Shown here: positions 36,989-47,147 of the stretch, piece by piece
Numbering within the stretch: the stretch's first letter is position 1
How the letters are laid out: the number at the start of each line of letters is the position of its first letter
NCBI GenBank assembly: GCA_040389905.1
Contig: JAZJZK010000015.1
Location: 64,001 to 128,000 of the forward strand
Direction: 5' to 3'
Source: Gemmatimonadota bacterium
GTDB taxonomy: Bacteria > Gemmatimonadota > Gemmatimonadetes > Gemmatimonadales > Gemmatimonadaceae
DNA length: 64,000 nucleotides
The notes under the pieces: model-generated
Seen by the model: only the letters and a program-made list of their open reading frames with translations
What the model was told of the DNA's origin: nothing
The model's database searches: none
Translations under genes and position numbers: made by a program

Positions 36989-38547
36989 TTGCGGTCGGTC
37001 ACCTTGGTGACAGTCGTCCAGTTCTGGCCATTGAAGATCACCGGCGGCACGAAGCCTCGTAGCCACGGCTGCACCGCGTGCAACTCATTGTAGAAGTAGA
37101 GGAACACCATGGGCGCCTCACGAAATGCAAGCTCATCGGCCTGCGTGTACAGGGCGACGCGCTTGCCTTCGTCCAATTCGCGCCGCGCTGCCGTGACGAT
37201 CGAATCGAACTGGGCATTCGCAAAGTACGACACGTTTCCTCCGACGCCCTTATTTGCGCTGTGCAACAACGGGTACAGGAAATTCTCCGCGTCGGGATAG
37301 TCGGCATACCAGTCTTTCACGAAGAGATCCGTCTGCCCCTTTCGTGCCGCCTCGCGCGCGGCGGCGCTCTCACGTTGAACGATCTTTGCGCGAATTCCTG
37401 AAAGCGCGAAATAGCCCTGCAGCGTTTCGGCAATGCGAACGTAGATGGGGTTCGCGGACGTCCAGAGCTCGAGATCGATGCCGTTCGGGTAGCCGGCGTC
37501 CTTGAGAAGTTGGCGCGCCTTCAAGGTGTCGAACTGGTAGCCGGCGCGCATCGTGTCCGCGCCAGCCAGCGACCAGGGAATGACGCCCGCAGCGAGCTGT
37601 CCTCGGCCGGCGATCAGATTCCGAACGAGAATCTTTCGGTCGATCGAATGATTGAGCGCCTGGCGAACACGAACGTCCTTGAGTGGACCACGCGTGGTAT
37701 TGATCGCGACATACACCAATTCGAGCGACGGCGTGGAGGCCAGCAGTTTTCGACGCTCGGTGTCCTCCTCCCAGCTGCGGATGTCGCCCTGTGGAATTTG
37801 AAGAATGTCGACGTTCCCACTCTCGAATTCTGCGACGGCGGTGCTCGGTTCGGCGATGATGCGTGCCTTGAGGGAGTCCGCTTTCGGTTTCTCGCCCCAG
37901 TAGTTCTTGTTCGGCACGAACAGCAGATAGTCGTCGTGTCTCCATTCGACGAGCTTCCACGGCCCGGTGCCGACAGGGTGTTCGCCGAAGTTCGCCGGCA
38001 CGTTGTCCGGAGCGATCGCGGCGACTGGCATTGCCAGCAACTTCGGGAAGATCGCGAATGGTTCCTTCAGTGTGACGACGACGGTGGAGTCGTTCGGCGT
38101 GGCGAGGCCCTCGATCGACTTTGCGGTTCCCGCCGAAAACTCCTTCGCGCCCTTGATGGGATAGAGTGGCCACCCTCGGCCACCCTTGACCTTGGGGTCG
38201 AGGACGCGCTGCCAGCTGAGGGCGACTTGCCGCGCGACGAAAGGGCGGCCGTCCGTGAAGGTGACGCCGCGGCGGAGATGAAAGGTGTAGATGGTGCCGT
38301 CCGTCGAAACATCCCATGAGGTCGCCAAACCGGGCTCCACGTGGGCGTCCGGAGTGAATCGCGTCAACCCGTCGAAGAGGTAGCCCACCGCGCGCCCGGT
38401 TGGCACATCGGTCGACAGGGCGGGATCGAGCGACCGGGGGTCGTACTGGTCACGCGAGTCGATGACGGTGCGCCGAGTGGCGCCGTCGCCGGTGCCGCCG
38501 CAGGCAGCCAGAACGAGGAGCAAAGCGAGAGCGACGGAACAGCGCAT
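36985..38547 (-). CDS. Peptide ABC transporter substrate-binding lipoprotein (family 5)
   Basis: Lipobox LAAC, PGLATSWDVS.DG..YTFHLR.GV.F.DG, PVGTGPW. Confidence 0.92.
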   Translation of the reverse strand: MRCSVALALLLVLAACGGTGDGATRRTVIDSRDQYDPRSLDPALSTDVPTGRAVGYLFDGLTRFTPDAHVEPGLATSWDVSTDGTIYTFHLRRGVTFTDGRPFVARQVALSWQRVLDPKVKGGRGWPLYPIKGAKEFSAGTAKSIEGLATPNDSTVVVTLKEPFAIFPKLLAMPVAAIAPDNVPANFGEHPVGTGPWKLVEWRHDDYLLFVPNKNYWGEKPKADSLKARIIAEPSTAVAEFESGNVDILQIPQGDIRSWEEDTERRKLLASTPSLELVYVAINTTRGPLKDVRVRQALNHSIDRKILVRNLIAGRGQLAAGVIPWSLAGADTMRAGYQFDTLKARQLLKDAGYPNGIDLELWTSANPIYVRIAETLQGYFALSGIRAKIVQRESAAAREAARKGQTDLFVKDWYADYPDAENFLYPLLHSANKGVGGNVSYFANAQFDSIVTAARRELDEGKRVALYTQADELAFREAPMVFLYFYNELHAVQPWLRGFVPPVIFNGQNWTTVTKVTDRK

Positions 38548-38727
38548 GACGTTCTGGCGTAAGCAGTTGACAGCATGGCAAAGGCGCGAGAACTTACCCG
38601 AGTGAGGGAGCAGCGTCAAATAACCATGCGCCCGCCGGATGTGGCTCGCCGCGCGGGCGTGTCGCGTCTTTCGTTGCAAGACTCGTAACAAGTCATCTCC
38701 CTTTCGCTCCTCGATCGACAGAGTCGC

Positions 38728-38952
38728 ATGCCCGACCGCAAGAAGAAGCCCTCGCCGCAGACGAAACGCCTCGAGGAGTATGTCTACCGCCGCCCGCTCG
38801 CAGCGAAGGAACTCATTCCGGCAATCGGCATTGGTGTCGCCGCGGGCTTGGCCGCGTTCTACGTGACTCGCCTCTTCATTCAGCGCACGCCGCTCCTGCC
38901 GGAGAAACAGCGCGCCGCGAGACTTCCCGCCTCGAGTCGAGTGGCGGGATGA
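38728..38952 (+). CDS. Small single-TM hypothetical protein
   Basis: One hydrophobic helix. Its stop overlaps the tamA start (ATGA). Confidence 0.6.
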   Translation: MPDRKKKPSPQTKRLEEYVYRRPLAAKELIPAIGIGVAAGLAAFYVTRLFIQRTPLLPEKQRAARLPASSRVAG

Positions 38953-41243
38953 AGGGTGGGTACGGGGTGGCGTGGCGACGTGTCGCGCTGACCACCCTTC
39001 TGCTGGCCGCTTCCTCCGCCACCGCACTCGGCCAAAGCACGGAATGCGACGCCGGTGAACGCGAGGTGCGATCGCTGGAGTTTCGGGGGAACTCGGTGTT
39101 TCGCTCGAGCGACCTGGCGCTCCGTATTGTCACGTCGCCGTCGGAATTCCTCCGCCGCAGCATTCGGATCGTCGGCGCGAAACATTGTCTCGACAGCGAC
39201 GAGCTCCGGCTCGATGTCGCGCGCCTGCGCGTATTCTATCGACGGCACGGATACTTCTCCACGAGGGTCGACACCGCGGTCACGCCACTCGTCGACGGCT
39301 ACGGCGGTGTGCGCGTCGCGTTCCTGATCGCCGAAGGCGAGCCCATGCTCGTCGATACGTTGCGCATCTCGGGGCTCGACAGCACGGTCGCACCGATCGC
39401 CGACACGGCGAGCCTTGGCCTCAAGCGCGGGATGATCTTCGACGCCGCGCGCATTCAGACCGCGATTGATTCGATCAAGACGCGGCTGCGGGACAACGGC
39501 TACCCGCGTGGCGATGTGGCCGCGAGCTATCGCGTCGATACGTTGACGCGTCGAGCGACGGTCTACCTCGACGTGATTCGCGGACTGCGCGCGCGCGTCG
39601 GCGCGATTCGAATTCACGCCGACCCGATTCCGGGCGAGGCGCGCCGGATGAGCGACGAAACCATTCGCTCGTTGATCGATCTTCGGGAAGGCGAGCTGTA
39701 TCGCGAGCGGCGTCTGATCGACACGCAGCGGTCGCTGTATCAGGCGGACCTGTTCCGGCACGTGGAGGTTGGACTTGCACCCGACAGCCTCTCGCGCGAC
39801 TCGATCGTGGCGGTGCAGGTCGTCGTGACGGAGAACTATCTGCGGCATTTCGACACGGAGGAAGGCTGGGCCGTCCTCGACTGTTTCAAGGGGCGGGTCC
39901 AGTACATCGACAAGAACTTTCTCGGCAACGCGCGCCGGCTCGACGTCTCCGCGCAGGTCTCGAAGATCGGTTATGGCCAGCCGACACGATTTGCCGCAGG
40001 GGGCTTGTGTGCACCAGCGATCCGGCGGGACACGTTCAGTGCGAAGCTGAACTATTTCGCCGGCGCGACACTGCGGCTCCAATCGCTCTTCGGCGTACGG
40101 GCGTCCCCGACGTTCTCCCTGTACAGCGAGCGGCGGGGCGAATACCAGGCGTTCCTTCGTACGACGCTGGTCGGGGGAGAGGCATCGGTACTTCGTGACC
40201 TCCTCGAGCGCGTTCCGCTCAGGCTCGGGTACTCACTCGAGTATGGCCGGACGGAAGCGCAGCCAGCGCTGATGTGTGCGATCTTCAACCGTTGTGATTC
40301 GGAGTCGCGGGCGCAAATCACCGATCGCGACCGGCCGCTGGCTGTCGCGAGCGCACACCTGGAGCGGCTCCGTGCGGACAACCCGGTCAACCCGCGGTCG
40401 GGCACGGCGCTTCGGCTCGACTTGCGCGGGGCATCGAAGGCCATTGGCTCGGATCCGGACGTTCCCTTCGTGAAGGGACTGCTCGACGCCGCGGTCTATC
40501 AGGCGGCGGGACCGATCGTCACGTTTTCTGCGCGCCTCCGTCTGGGCACAGTGCTCGGTCGAACGCTCTCGTTGAGCGATACGGTCGGCTTCATCCCTCC
40601 GCAGGAGCGACTCTATGCGGGTGGTGCCGGAAGTGTGCGCGGCTATCAACAGAACGAGGTCGGCGACCTCATCTACATTGCGGAAGAGAACTATCGAACG
40701 CGGCAGGGAACGGGAGACACCGCGTACTACGATGTGGAGCAGTCGTCGGGGGTGCGTCGCGTCGTTCCGGTGGGCGGCAATTCACTGATCGTGCTGAACA
40801 TGGAGGCGCGCATCAGAAGCCCGTTTTACCCTGAGCTCATCCAGTACACCGTCTTCGCCGATGCGGGGGACGTGTGGCAGCGCGGCCGCACCGTCGGCGT
40901 GGTCGATCACAAGGCGTCGGCACTCTGGCTCAACGGCCTCAAATGGACGCCGGGCGTCGGGGTTCGCGTGTCGACGCCTGTGGGGCCCTTTCAAGCAAAC
41001 GTGGGGTACAATCCGTTCATTCGTCCCGCCGGTCCGATCTACTTCGATCAGGCGCCGACCGCGCTGGGCTTTGCGCCGCTGTACTGCGTCAGCCCGGGGA
41101 ATCTGATTCCGGTTGTGCCAGGCCGGTTCGGTCCGGAGCAGCCGACTGGCAGCAGTTGTCCGGGGACGTTCACGCCGTCACGCCAGGCGGGGACGTTTCT
41201 CAGCCATTTGACGTTTACGTTTTCGATCGGGCCTGATTTCTAA
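38949..41243 (+). CDS. tamA: Omp85-family outer membrane protein (TamA/BamA-like)
   Basis: POTRA-like repeats, YAGGAGSVRGY, GVGVRVSTPVGP, terminal Phe. Upstream of tamB. Confidence 0.8.
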   Translation: MKGGYGVAWRRVALTTLLLAASSATALGQSTECDAGEREVRSLEFRGNSVFRSSDLALRIVTSPSEFLRRSIRIVGAKHCLDSDELRLDVARLRVFYRRHGYFSTRVDTAVTPLVDGYGGVRVAFLIAEGEPMLVDTLRISGLDSTVAPIADTASLGLKRGMIFDAARIQTAIDSIKTRLRDNGYPRGDVAASYRVDTLTRRATVYLDVIRGLRARVGAIRIHADPIPGEARRMSDETIRSLIDLREGELYRERRLIDTQRSLYQADLFRHVEVGLAPDSLSRDSIVAVQVVVTENYLRHFDTEEGWAVLDCFKGRVQYIDKNFLGNARRLDVSAQVSKIGYGQPTRFAAGGLCAPAIRRDTFSAKLNYFAGATLRLQSLFGVRASPTFSLYSERRGEYQAFLRTTLVGGEASVLRDLLERVPLRLGYSLEYGRTEAQPALMCAIFNRCDSESRAQITDRDRPLAVASAHLERLRADNPVNPRSGTALRLDLRGASKAIGSDPDVPFVKGLLDAAVYQAAGPIVTFSARLRLGTVLGRTLSLSDTVGFIPPQERLYAGGAGSVRGYQQNEVGDLIYIAEENYRTRQGTGDTAYYDVEQSSGVRRVVPVGGNSLIVLNMEARIRSPFYPELIQYTVFADAGDVWQRGRTVGVVDHKASALWLNGLKWTPGVGVRVSTPVGPFQANVGYNPFIRPAGPIYFDQAPTALGFAPLYCVSPGNLIPVVPGRFGPEQPTGSSCPGTFTPSRQAGTFLSHLTFTFSIGPDF

Positions 41244-41271
41244 GTAGTGTAAGTGGGTTAGAAAAGCCTTC

Positions 41272-41571
41272 ACCACAGAGGACACAGAGGTCACGGAGGA
41301 CGACGGAAGAGCCTTCTCGCAGAGGTCGCAGAGAACTGCAACAGCCGCAGAGGTCGCAGAGGACTGCGGGGAACTACTGAACAAGGCACGTTCATTTTAC
41401 AAGTGCTTTTGCAGTCTTCTGCGTCCTCTGTGTGACCTCTGCGACCTCTGCATTCAATCAGTTGTTGTTGACCTGTCTGAACGAGACGGATGCCGAACGC
41501 GCGATCGCAACGCTGTATCTGAGTAGTCCTCCGTGTCCTCTGTGTCCTCTGTGGTAAATCAGTTGTTGTTG
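41272..41571. repeat. Nested family A palindromes between tamA and tamB
   Basis: Outer IR 41272-41301/41526-41555 (29/30). Inner IR 41347-41362/41436-41451 (16/16). AATCAGTTGTTGTTG follows both right arms. Confidence 0.92.
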
Positions 41572-41606
41572 CTGTTGATCGCCACCCGATTCGCACCTGC
41601 TACTCA

Positions 41607-44600
41607 ATGACCCGTCGCAATTTCATCGCCTTCATCAGTCTCTGCGTGCTCGTCACGCTGGGGCTGATCGTCGTCGGTGTCGGGTACTTCGCGACGCAGT
41701 CCGAGTTCGGCCAGAATGCCTTGCGCAGCTATGCAGAGAGCCGCGTCGCCTCATCGATCAGCGGGAAAGTGCACCTCGGCCGCATCCACGGAAACTTCCT
41801 CACGGGGCTCACCCTCGATTCACTGGAGCTTCGCGACGACGAAGATTCGTTGGTCATCGCGAGCGGGCGCATCACCGTGCGCTACGACCCGCGTGACCTC
41901 GCCGACCGGCGTCTCTACTTCCGCAGCGTTACGCTCGAGCATCCAGCGGTCGTGCTCCGCCAGCACGAGAACTGGAAGTGGAACTACCGCAAGCTGTTTC
42001 GCACCGGCGGGCCGCCGAAGCGAATCAAGACGCCGGAACGAGGGTTCGCAGACTTCGTCCAGCTGGACTCCGTCCATATTCGACGCGGGGCGAGCCTGCG
42101 TTTGACGATCCCATGGCATCCGGACGATTCGCTGCGCGGCGTCAAGCGCGATAGCGCAATTCGGACAAACATTGCGCGTCAGGATCACGAGGTGCGCCGG
42201 ACGCGCGAAGGCTTCACGCAGACCTATCGCTGGACGAACGCGTATGCGTTCCTTCCGTACGTGCGCGTGGCGGACCCTGACAGTTCCGGCCAGGCGTTCG
42301 TCATCGACACGCTGCATGTGGATGAATCCACCCCGCCCTTCAAGTGGCACAATGTGAAGGGTGTGGTGCACGTGCTCGGCGACACCGCTCGGCTCAAGGT
42401 CAGTCACCTCGAACTGGCCGCGTCGACGGGGGCGGGCGAGGGAAAGGTCGTGTGGGGAAGCGACCTGCCCGTGCGCTACGACATTCGCATCCGCGGCGAC
42501 AGCGTCTCGCTCGCGGACATCGCATGGGTGTATCCCACGTTGCCGACGACTGGTGTCGGCAAAATGGTGCTCAACATCAGGAACGAGCGTAACCTGAACC
42601 TGCTCGATTACGCGATCACGAACATGGACGTGTCTTCCACGAAGTCACGTCTTCGTGGCAACATGACGTTCGAAATCGGCGGGCCGGTGCTCAACGTGCA
42701 TGACGTCAAGCTCGTGGCCGATCCGGTCGACTTCGACCTGCTGCGTACGCTCAATGGCAAGCCATTCCCAGCCGATTGGCAGGGCAAGATCACGGGAACG
42801 GTGACCGCGCGCGGTGGGCCCGTCACGCACTTCTGGGTCGACGACTCGCGGTTGACGTTCCGCGACGCGCATGTGCCGGGCGCCGAATCACGAGTGCAAG
42901 GGCGAGGCGAGCTCGATATCCTCTTCCCGGCGTTCACGGCGTTCCACGGTTTTCATGCGAGCACCGACCGGCTCGACATCCGCACGCTGGCCGCGATCTA
43001 CCCGGCCTTCCCGCGCATGAAGGGAATCGTCACCGGGAGTGCGGTGCTCGATTCATCGTGGCTCGACGTCCGCGTATCGAACGCGAACCTCACCCACACC
43101 GATGGACCCGCCGAGCCAAACCATGCGACTGGCGGCGGACGCATCACGTACGGTGTGCAGTTCATGACCTACGACATGACGTTGCAGGCCTCTCCGCTGT
43201 CGCTGTCAACGGTCGCGCAGTCGTATCCGAAGCTGCCGTTGCGCGGTGTGTTCAGCGGGCCGGTACGCGTTCGTGGCATCGCACCCACGCTCGACGTGGT
43301 CGGCGACCTGACGGGTCCCTCGGGTCATCTGACCTACGCGGGCAAGGTGGACGCCGACTCCATTGGTGGGTACGGCGCGACCGGTGCCGGCAGCTTCGAC
43401 AACTTGAACGCCGCCGGGCTCTTTGGGCGTACGACTCCAGCATCGAAACTCGGGGGAACGTTCGAAGTCGACATGCTGGGCGATTCCTTGTCCAACCTTG
43501 CCGGTCCTCTCGCCGTGCGACTCGATGGTTCGGACATGGATGGCATTCCGATCTCGAGCGGCGACGCGCGCATGCGGTTCGAGCGGGGCGTGCTGGTGGT
43601 CGACACGGCGCGCATCAGTTCGACGGCAGGCGTACTGCGCGCGCGCGGGACGCTCGGGCTCACGCGCGCGCCTCGCGATTCCCTGCAGATCGACGTTGAC
43701 ATCGATTCGCTGGGCGGACTGCGACGCTATCTTGGCCGCGTCAGCAGGCCGGGCACCAAGCCACTCGGGAGCGATTCGCTGAGCGGAGCCGTGGTCGCCA
43801 GCGCCACCCTGCGCGGTTGGCTGGATTCGCTTGGCATTCGCGCCTCGCTCGCGGGGCAGGATGTTCATTTTCGCGGCGATCGGGCAGAGAGTGTCACCGG
43901 ACAGTTGGCCCTGACGGATGTGGGCGGTCGCCGCTCGGGTGTGTTGACGCTTCGCGCCGACTCGGCGCTGTTTGGCGGAATTCGCCTCGACACGGCTGGC
44001 GTCCGCGCGGATATCCTCGACGCAACGCATGCCCGCTTCGCCGGTGGCGCGCAGGCGGAGAGCGGCGCACGCTTGCGCACTGCTGGCGATTGGCGAGGGG
44101 TTGGTGATACCACCGCGCTCCGGCTCGATACACTCGACCTCGCGCTGGCCTCGTCGCATTGGGCGCTGCGGCGACCGTCGCTGTTCACATCGTCGCCTGC
44201 CCGCATGACACTCGACACACTGCTCTTCGCCGACGCGGCCGGCGCGACGGTGAGCGGTTTCATCAACGCTCCGACCGCCGCACCAGCGAGCGCGCGCTTT
44301 CAGGCGGACTCCATCCCCTTGAGCGACCTGGGTAACCTCGCACAGCTTCCCAGTGCGATCGCCGGGCGCATGTCCATCGACCTCACCGCTGCGGGGACGC
44401 GCGACATCCCGACCATGACGCTCACCGCGAACGCGCGCGACGTGACCTACTCCGGCCTCAAAGCGGAGCTGGTGAAAGTGGACGGCGGATACGACGCCCT
44501 TCGGGCCTCGATGCAGGCGAACGTGTTTCGCGGTGGCAACAGCGTCCTCGATGCGACGGTCAGCTATCCCATCGCCCTGACGCTCTTTTCCGCCGGATCC

Positions 44601-46208
44601 ACTGGCGACTCCCTGCGCGGCCGAATTCACGCTGACAGCATGGACCTCGCGCTGATCGAAGCGTTCTCGCCGAAGCTGCGCAACACGAAGGGACGCATTG
44701 CGCTGGACATCGCACTCAGCGGCGAGCCCAGTCATCCGCACTTCGGTGGACAGGCAGCACTCACCGACGGAAGCCTGGAGGTGCCTGACGTCGGCCTGCG
44801 ACTCGGAATGATCGATGGCGCGATCAAGGTCAACGCGGCAACCGACTCGCTGTCGGTCGAGCGGCTTCGCTGGACGAGTCCCGTCAACGGCGGCTCGGCG
44901 TCGCTTCAGGGTTCGGTCGTGTATCGTGAATTCTCGAAGCCGACACTCGACCTTCGTCTCGACTCGCACGGATTGCGCGCTGTGGACAAGCGCGGCCTCG
45001 CGCGCCTGGACGTTTCGACAGGGGCGGCTGGGCTCACGCTGAAGGGGACGCCAGAGGCGGCCACCCTGTCAGGTGAGGTCGACGTCGACCGCGGCACCAT
45101 CTACATCCCGGAACTGATTCGCAAGCAGGTCGTCGACCTCACACCGGAGGACTTCGCGCTCCTCTTCGATACGACCGACGTAAGAAACCGTTCGCTGATG
45201 CCGCAACCGCCGAGTGCATTGGTGGAGCACCTGAGCCTCGTGGGCGTGTCGGTTCGCATCGGTGACGAGGTCTGGCTGCGCTCGCGCGAAGCAAGCATCA
45301 AACTCGGCGGCTCACTCAACGTCACGCGCGTGCGAGACGCACGCGAGACGACGAGATCGTCGCTCGCCCAACGGACGCGCGGTGATTCAGCGCGGTACAA
45401 GCTCGCGCTGAGCGGGACGCTGAGTGCCGACCGCGGCACGTACACGCTCGACCTCACCGCGGTCCAGCGCGAGTTTCAGGTGCAGACGGGACGCATCACG
45501 TTCTTCGGAACGCCGGACTTCAATCCCGAGATCGACGTCAGCGCGCTCTATCAATTGAAGCAGGCGAACCGCGCGGACATTGGAATCAAGGCGCGCATTC
45601 ACGGCAACTTCTATCCGCAGCCGTCGCTCGAACTCTCGAGCAGCGACGCGTATCTCTCGCCGTCGGACCTCGTCAGCTATCTGGTCACCGGGCGGCCGAG
45701 CTTCGAATTGAGTGGGCAGGACGTCGCCGCTTCGCAACGGGCATTTGAATTCGTCCTTCCATCGCTCGGCGCGTCAGTGAGCAGGGCACTGCGCGAGCAA
45801 CTCGGTGGGGTCGTCGATCTCATTCAAATCCAGTCCGGCGCGGTGAACGATCCACTCGCCAACTCCAGCTCGAGCACGCAGTTCAAGAGCATCCTCTACA
45901 GCACGCGGCTTGGTGGCGAGCGCCAGATCAAGGACAAGCTGTTCCTCAGCTTCAGCGCGGGCCTCTGCCAACTCGGTGGAACGGCGGCCACCGATGATCC
46001 CTCACAGCAAGGCTTCACCGGATTTGCGAATGCGATCGAGGGAAAGCTGGAGTATCGGTTCCCGTTGCTGGCGCCGGATCGCTTTGCGTTGCGTGCGGGA
46101 CGCGAACCCGCTGCCAGTGCACTCCGCTGTGGGTTCGACCACGTGCGCGGATTCGTGGCCACCCCGCAGCAGTGGGGTTTTTCACTCTTTCGCTCGTGGT
46201 CGTTCTGA
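41607..46208 (+). CDS. tamB: Translocation and assembly module TamB-like protein
   Basis: N-terminal TM anchor, 1533 aa of beta-rich repeats, C-terminal G.I.F.G....NP.ID..A region. Confidence 0.8.
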   Translation: MTRRNFIAFISLCVLVTLGLIVVGVGYFATQSEFGQNALRSYAESRVASSISGKVHLGRIHGNFLTGLTLDSLELRDDEDSLVIASGRITVRYDPRDLADRRLYFRSVTLEHPAVVLRQHENWKWNYRKLFRTGGPPKRIKTPERGFADFVQLDSVHIRRGASLRLTIPWHPDDSLRGVKRDSAIRTNIARQDHEVRRTREGFTQTYRWTNAYAFLPYVRVADPDSSGQAFVIDTLHVDESTPPFKWHNVKGVVHVLGDTARLKVSHLELAASTGAGEGKVVWGSDLPVRYDIRIRGDSVSLADIAWVYPTLPTTGVGKMVLNIRNERNLNLLDYAITNMDVSSTKSRLRGNMTFEIGGPVLNVHDVKLVADPVDFDLLRTLNGKPFPADWQGKITGTVTARGGPVTHFWVDDSRLTFRDAHVPGAESRVQGRGELDILFPAFTAFHGFHASTDRLDIRTLAAIYPAFPRMKGIVTGSAVLDSSWLDVRVSNANLTHTDGPAEPNHATGGGRITYGVQFMTYDMTLQASPLSLSTVAQSYPKLPLRGVFSGPVRVRGIAPTLDVVGDLTGPSGHLTYAGKVDADSIGGYGATGAGSFDNLNAAGLFGRTTPASKLGGTFEVDMLGDSLSNLAGPLAVRLDGSDMDGIPISSGDARMRFERGVLVVDTARISSTAGVLRARGTLGLTRAPRDSLQIDVDIDSLGGLRRYLGRVSRPGTKPLGSDSLSGAVVASATLRGWLDSLGIRASLAGQDVHFRGDRAESVTGQLALTDVGGRRSGVLTLRADSALFGGIRLDTAGVRADILDATHARFAGGAQAESGARLRTAGDWRGVGDTTALRLDTLDLALASSHWALRRPSLFTSSPARMTLDTLLFADAAGATVSGFINAPTAAPASARFQADSIPLSDLGNLAQLPSAIAGRMSIDLTAAGTRDIPTMTLTANARDVTYSGLKAELVKVDGGYDALRASMQANVFRGGNSVLDATVSYPIALTLFSAGSTGDSLRGRIHADSMDLALIEAFSPKLRNTKGRIALDIALSGEPSHPHFGGQAALTDGSLEVPDVGLRLGMIDGAIKVNAATDSLSVERLRWTSPVNGGSASLQGSVVYREFSKPTLDLRLDSHGLRAVDKRGLARLDVSTGAAGLTLKGTPEAATLSGEVDVDRGTIYIPELIRKQVVDLTPEDFALLFDTTDVRNRSLMPQPPSALVEHLSLVGVSVRIGDEVWLRSREASIKLGGSLNVTRVRDARETTRSSLAQRTRGDSARYKLALSGTLSADRGTYTLDLTAVQREFQVQTGRITFFGTPDFNPEIDVSALYQLKQANRADIGIKARIHGNFYPQPSLELSSSDAYLSPSDLVSYLVTGRPSFELSGQDVAASQRAFEFVLPSLGASVSRALREQLGGVVDLIQIQSGAVNDPLANSSSSTQFKSILYSTRLGGERQIKDKLFLSFSAGLCQLGGTAATDDPSQQGFTGFANAIEGKLEYRFPLLAPDRFALRAGREPAASALRCGFDHVRGFVATPQQWGFSLFRSWSF

Positions 46209-47092
46209 GGCGCGCGCTCCTCATCGCCAACCCGGCTTCGCGCCGCGGCAAGCGGTACGTCGGTGACGCTCGTCGCGCGATCGAGGCCGAGGGTGCGACG
46301 TGTGAGCTCATGCTGACCGAGCGAGCGGGCCATGCGCGCGAGCTGGCCGTTGCGCACGGTCGCGACTACGACATCGTCTTTACGCTCGGCGGTGATGGAA
46401 CCGCGATGGAAGTGGCCGGGGCGCTCGCGTGGTCGGGCGTCGCGATTGGCGTCTTGCCGGGAGGTACGGGGAATCTTCTGGCACGGGCACTGGGAATCCC
46501 TCGCCAGGTCTCGCGCGCGGTGCCGGCGCTGATGCGCGGATCTGCACGACGAATCGACCTTGGCGTCGTGCTCGGCCATCGGTTTGCGGTTGCCGCAGGG
46601 GTGGGGCTCGACGCGCAGATGGTGGCGGAAACACCTGCGTGGATGAAGCGACGCCTGGGCGTGCTGGCGTACACGCTCATGGCGACGCGCGCGGCATTGC
46701 GTGCCGTGGTGTTCAAGCGATTCTTCCTCGCCCGCATCGAGGTGGATGGCGAAGTCGTCGAGCGGCAGGCGGCCGCGGTGCTGTTTGCGAACTTCGGCGC
46801 CATCCTCGAGGACCGTATCTCATTCGGACCGGGGATCGTGACGGACGACGGCTTGCTCGACTGCTGCATCTTTTCGCCCTCCAACCTCTTCGACGCCTTC
46901 CGGATCATGTGGCGAGTGACGCGGCGGGACTTCCGGCCCGATCAGTCGTTACTATATAGAAAGGGCGCACGATTCCAGTTGAGTACCGTGCCCGTCCTTC
47001 CGCTCCAGGCAGATGGTGAGCTACTCGGTATGACTCCCGCCGAGATCACGGTGGAACCGCTGGCCGCGCATCTGCTCATCCCCGGGCGCTGA
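46196..47092 (+). CDS. Diacylglycerol kinase family protein
   Basis: LIANPAS, LGGDGT, LPGGTGNLLARALG, QADGE. Start uncertain. Confidence 0.85.
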   Translation: MVVLRRALLIANPASRRGKRYVGDARRAIEAEGATCELMLTERAGHARELAVAHGRDYDIVFTLGGDGTAMEVAGALAWSGVAIGVLPGGTGNLLARALGIPRQVSRAVPALMRGSARRIDLGVVLGHRFAVAAGVGLDAQMVAETPAWMKRRLGVLAYTLMATRAALRAVVFKRFFLARIEVDGEVVERQAAAVLFANFGAILEDRISFGPGIVTDDGLLDCCIFSPSNLFDAFRIMWRVTRRDFRPDQSLLYRKGARFQLSTVPVLPLQADGELLGMTPAEITVEPLAAHLLIPGR

Positions 47093-47147
47093 CGCCCTGA
47101 ACGCTCCGTCCTCTACCCGCGCCGAACATGAACGGCGACCCGATCTC

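Noticed and set aside
36068..38547. Incomplete peptide ABC operon (no second permease or ATPase)
   Set aside because: Split ABC loci are common and the other parts are probably elsewhere in the genome.
41272..41571. CRISPR array or other repeat-spacer array
   Set aside because: The repeats are short tandem 9-mers in inverted arms, not equal direct repeats with unique spacers, and there are no cas genes.
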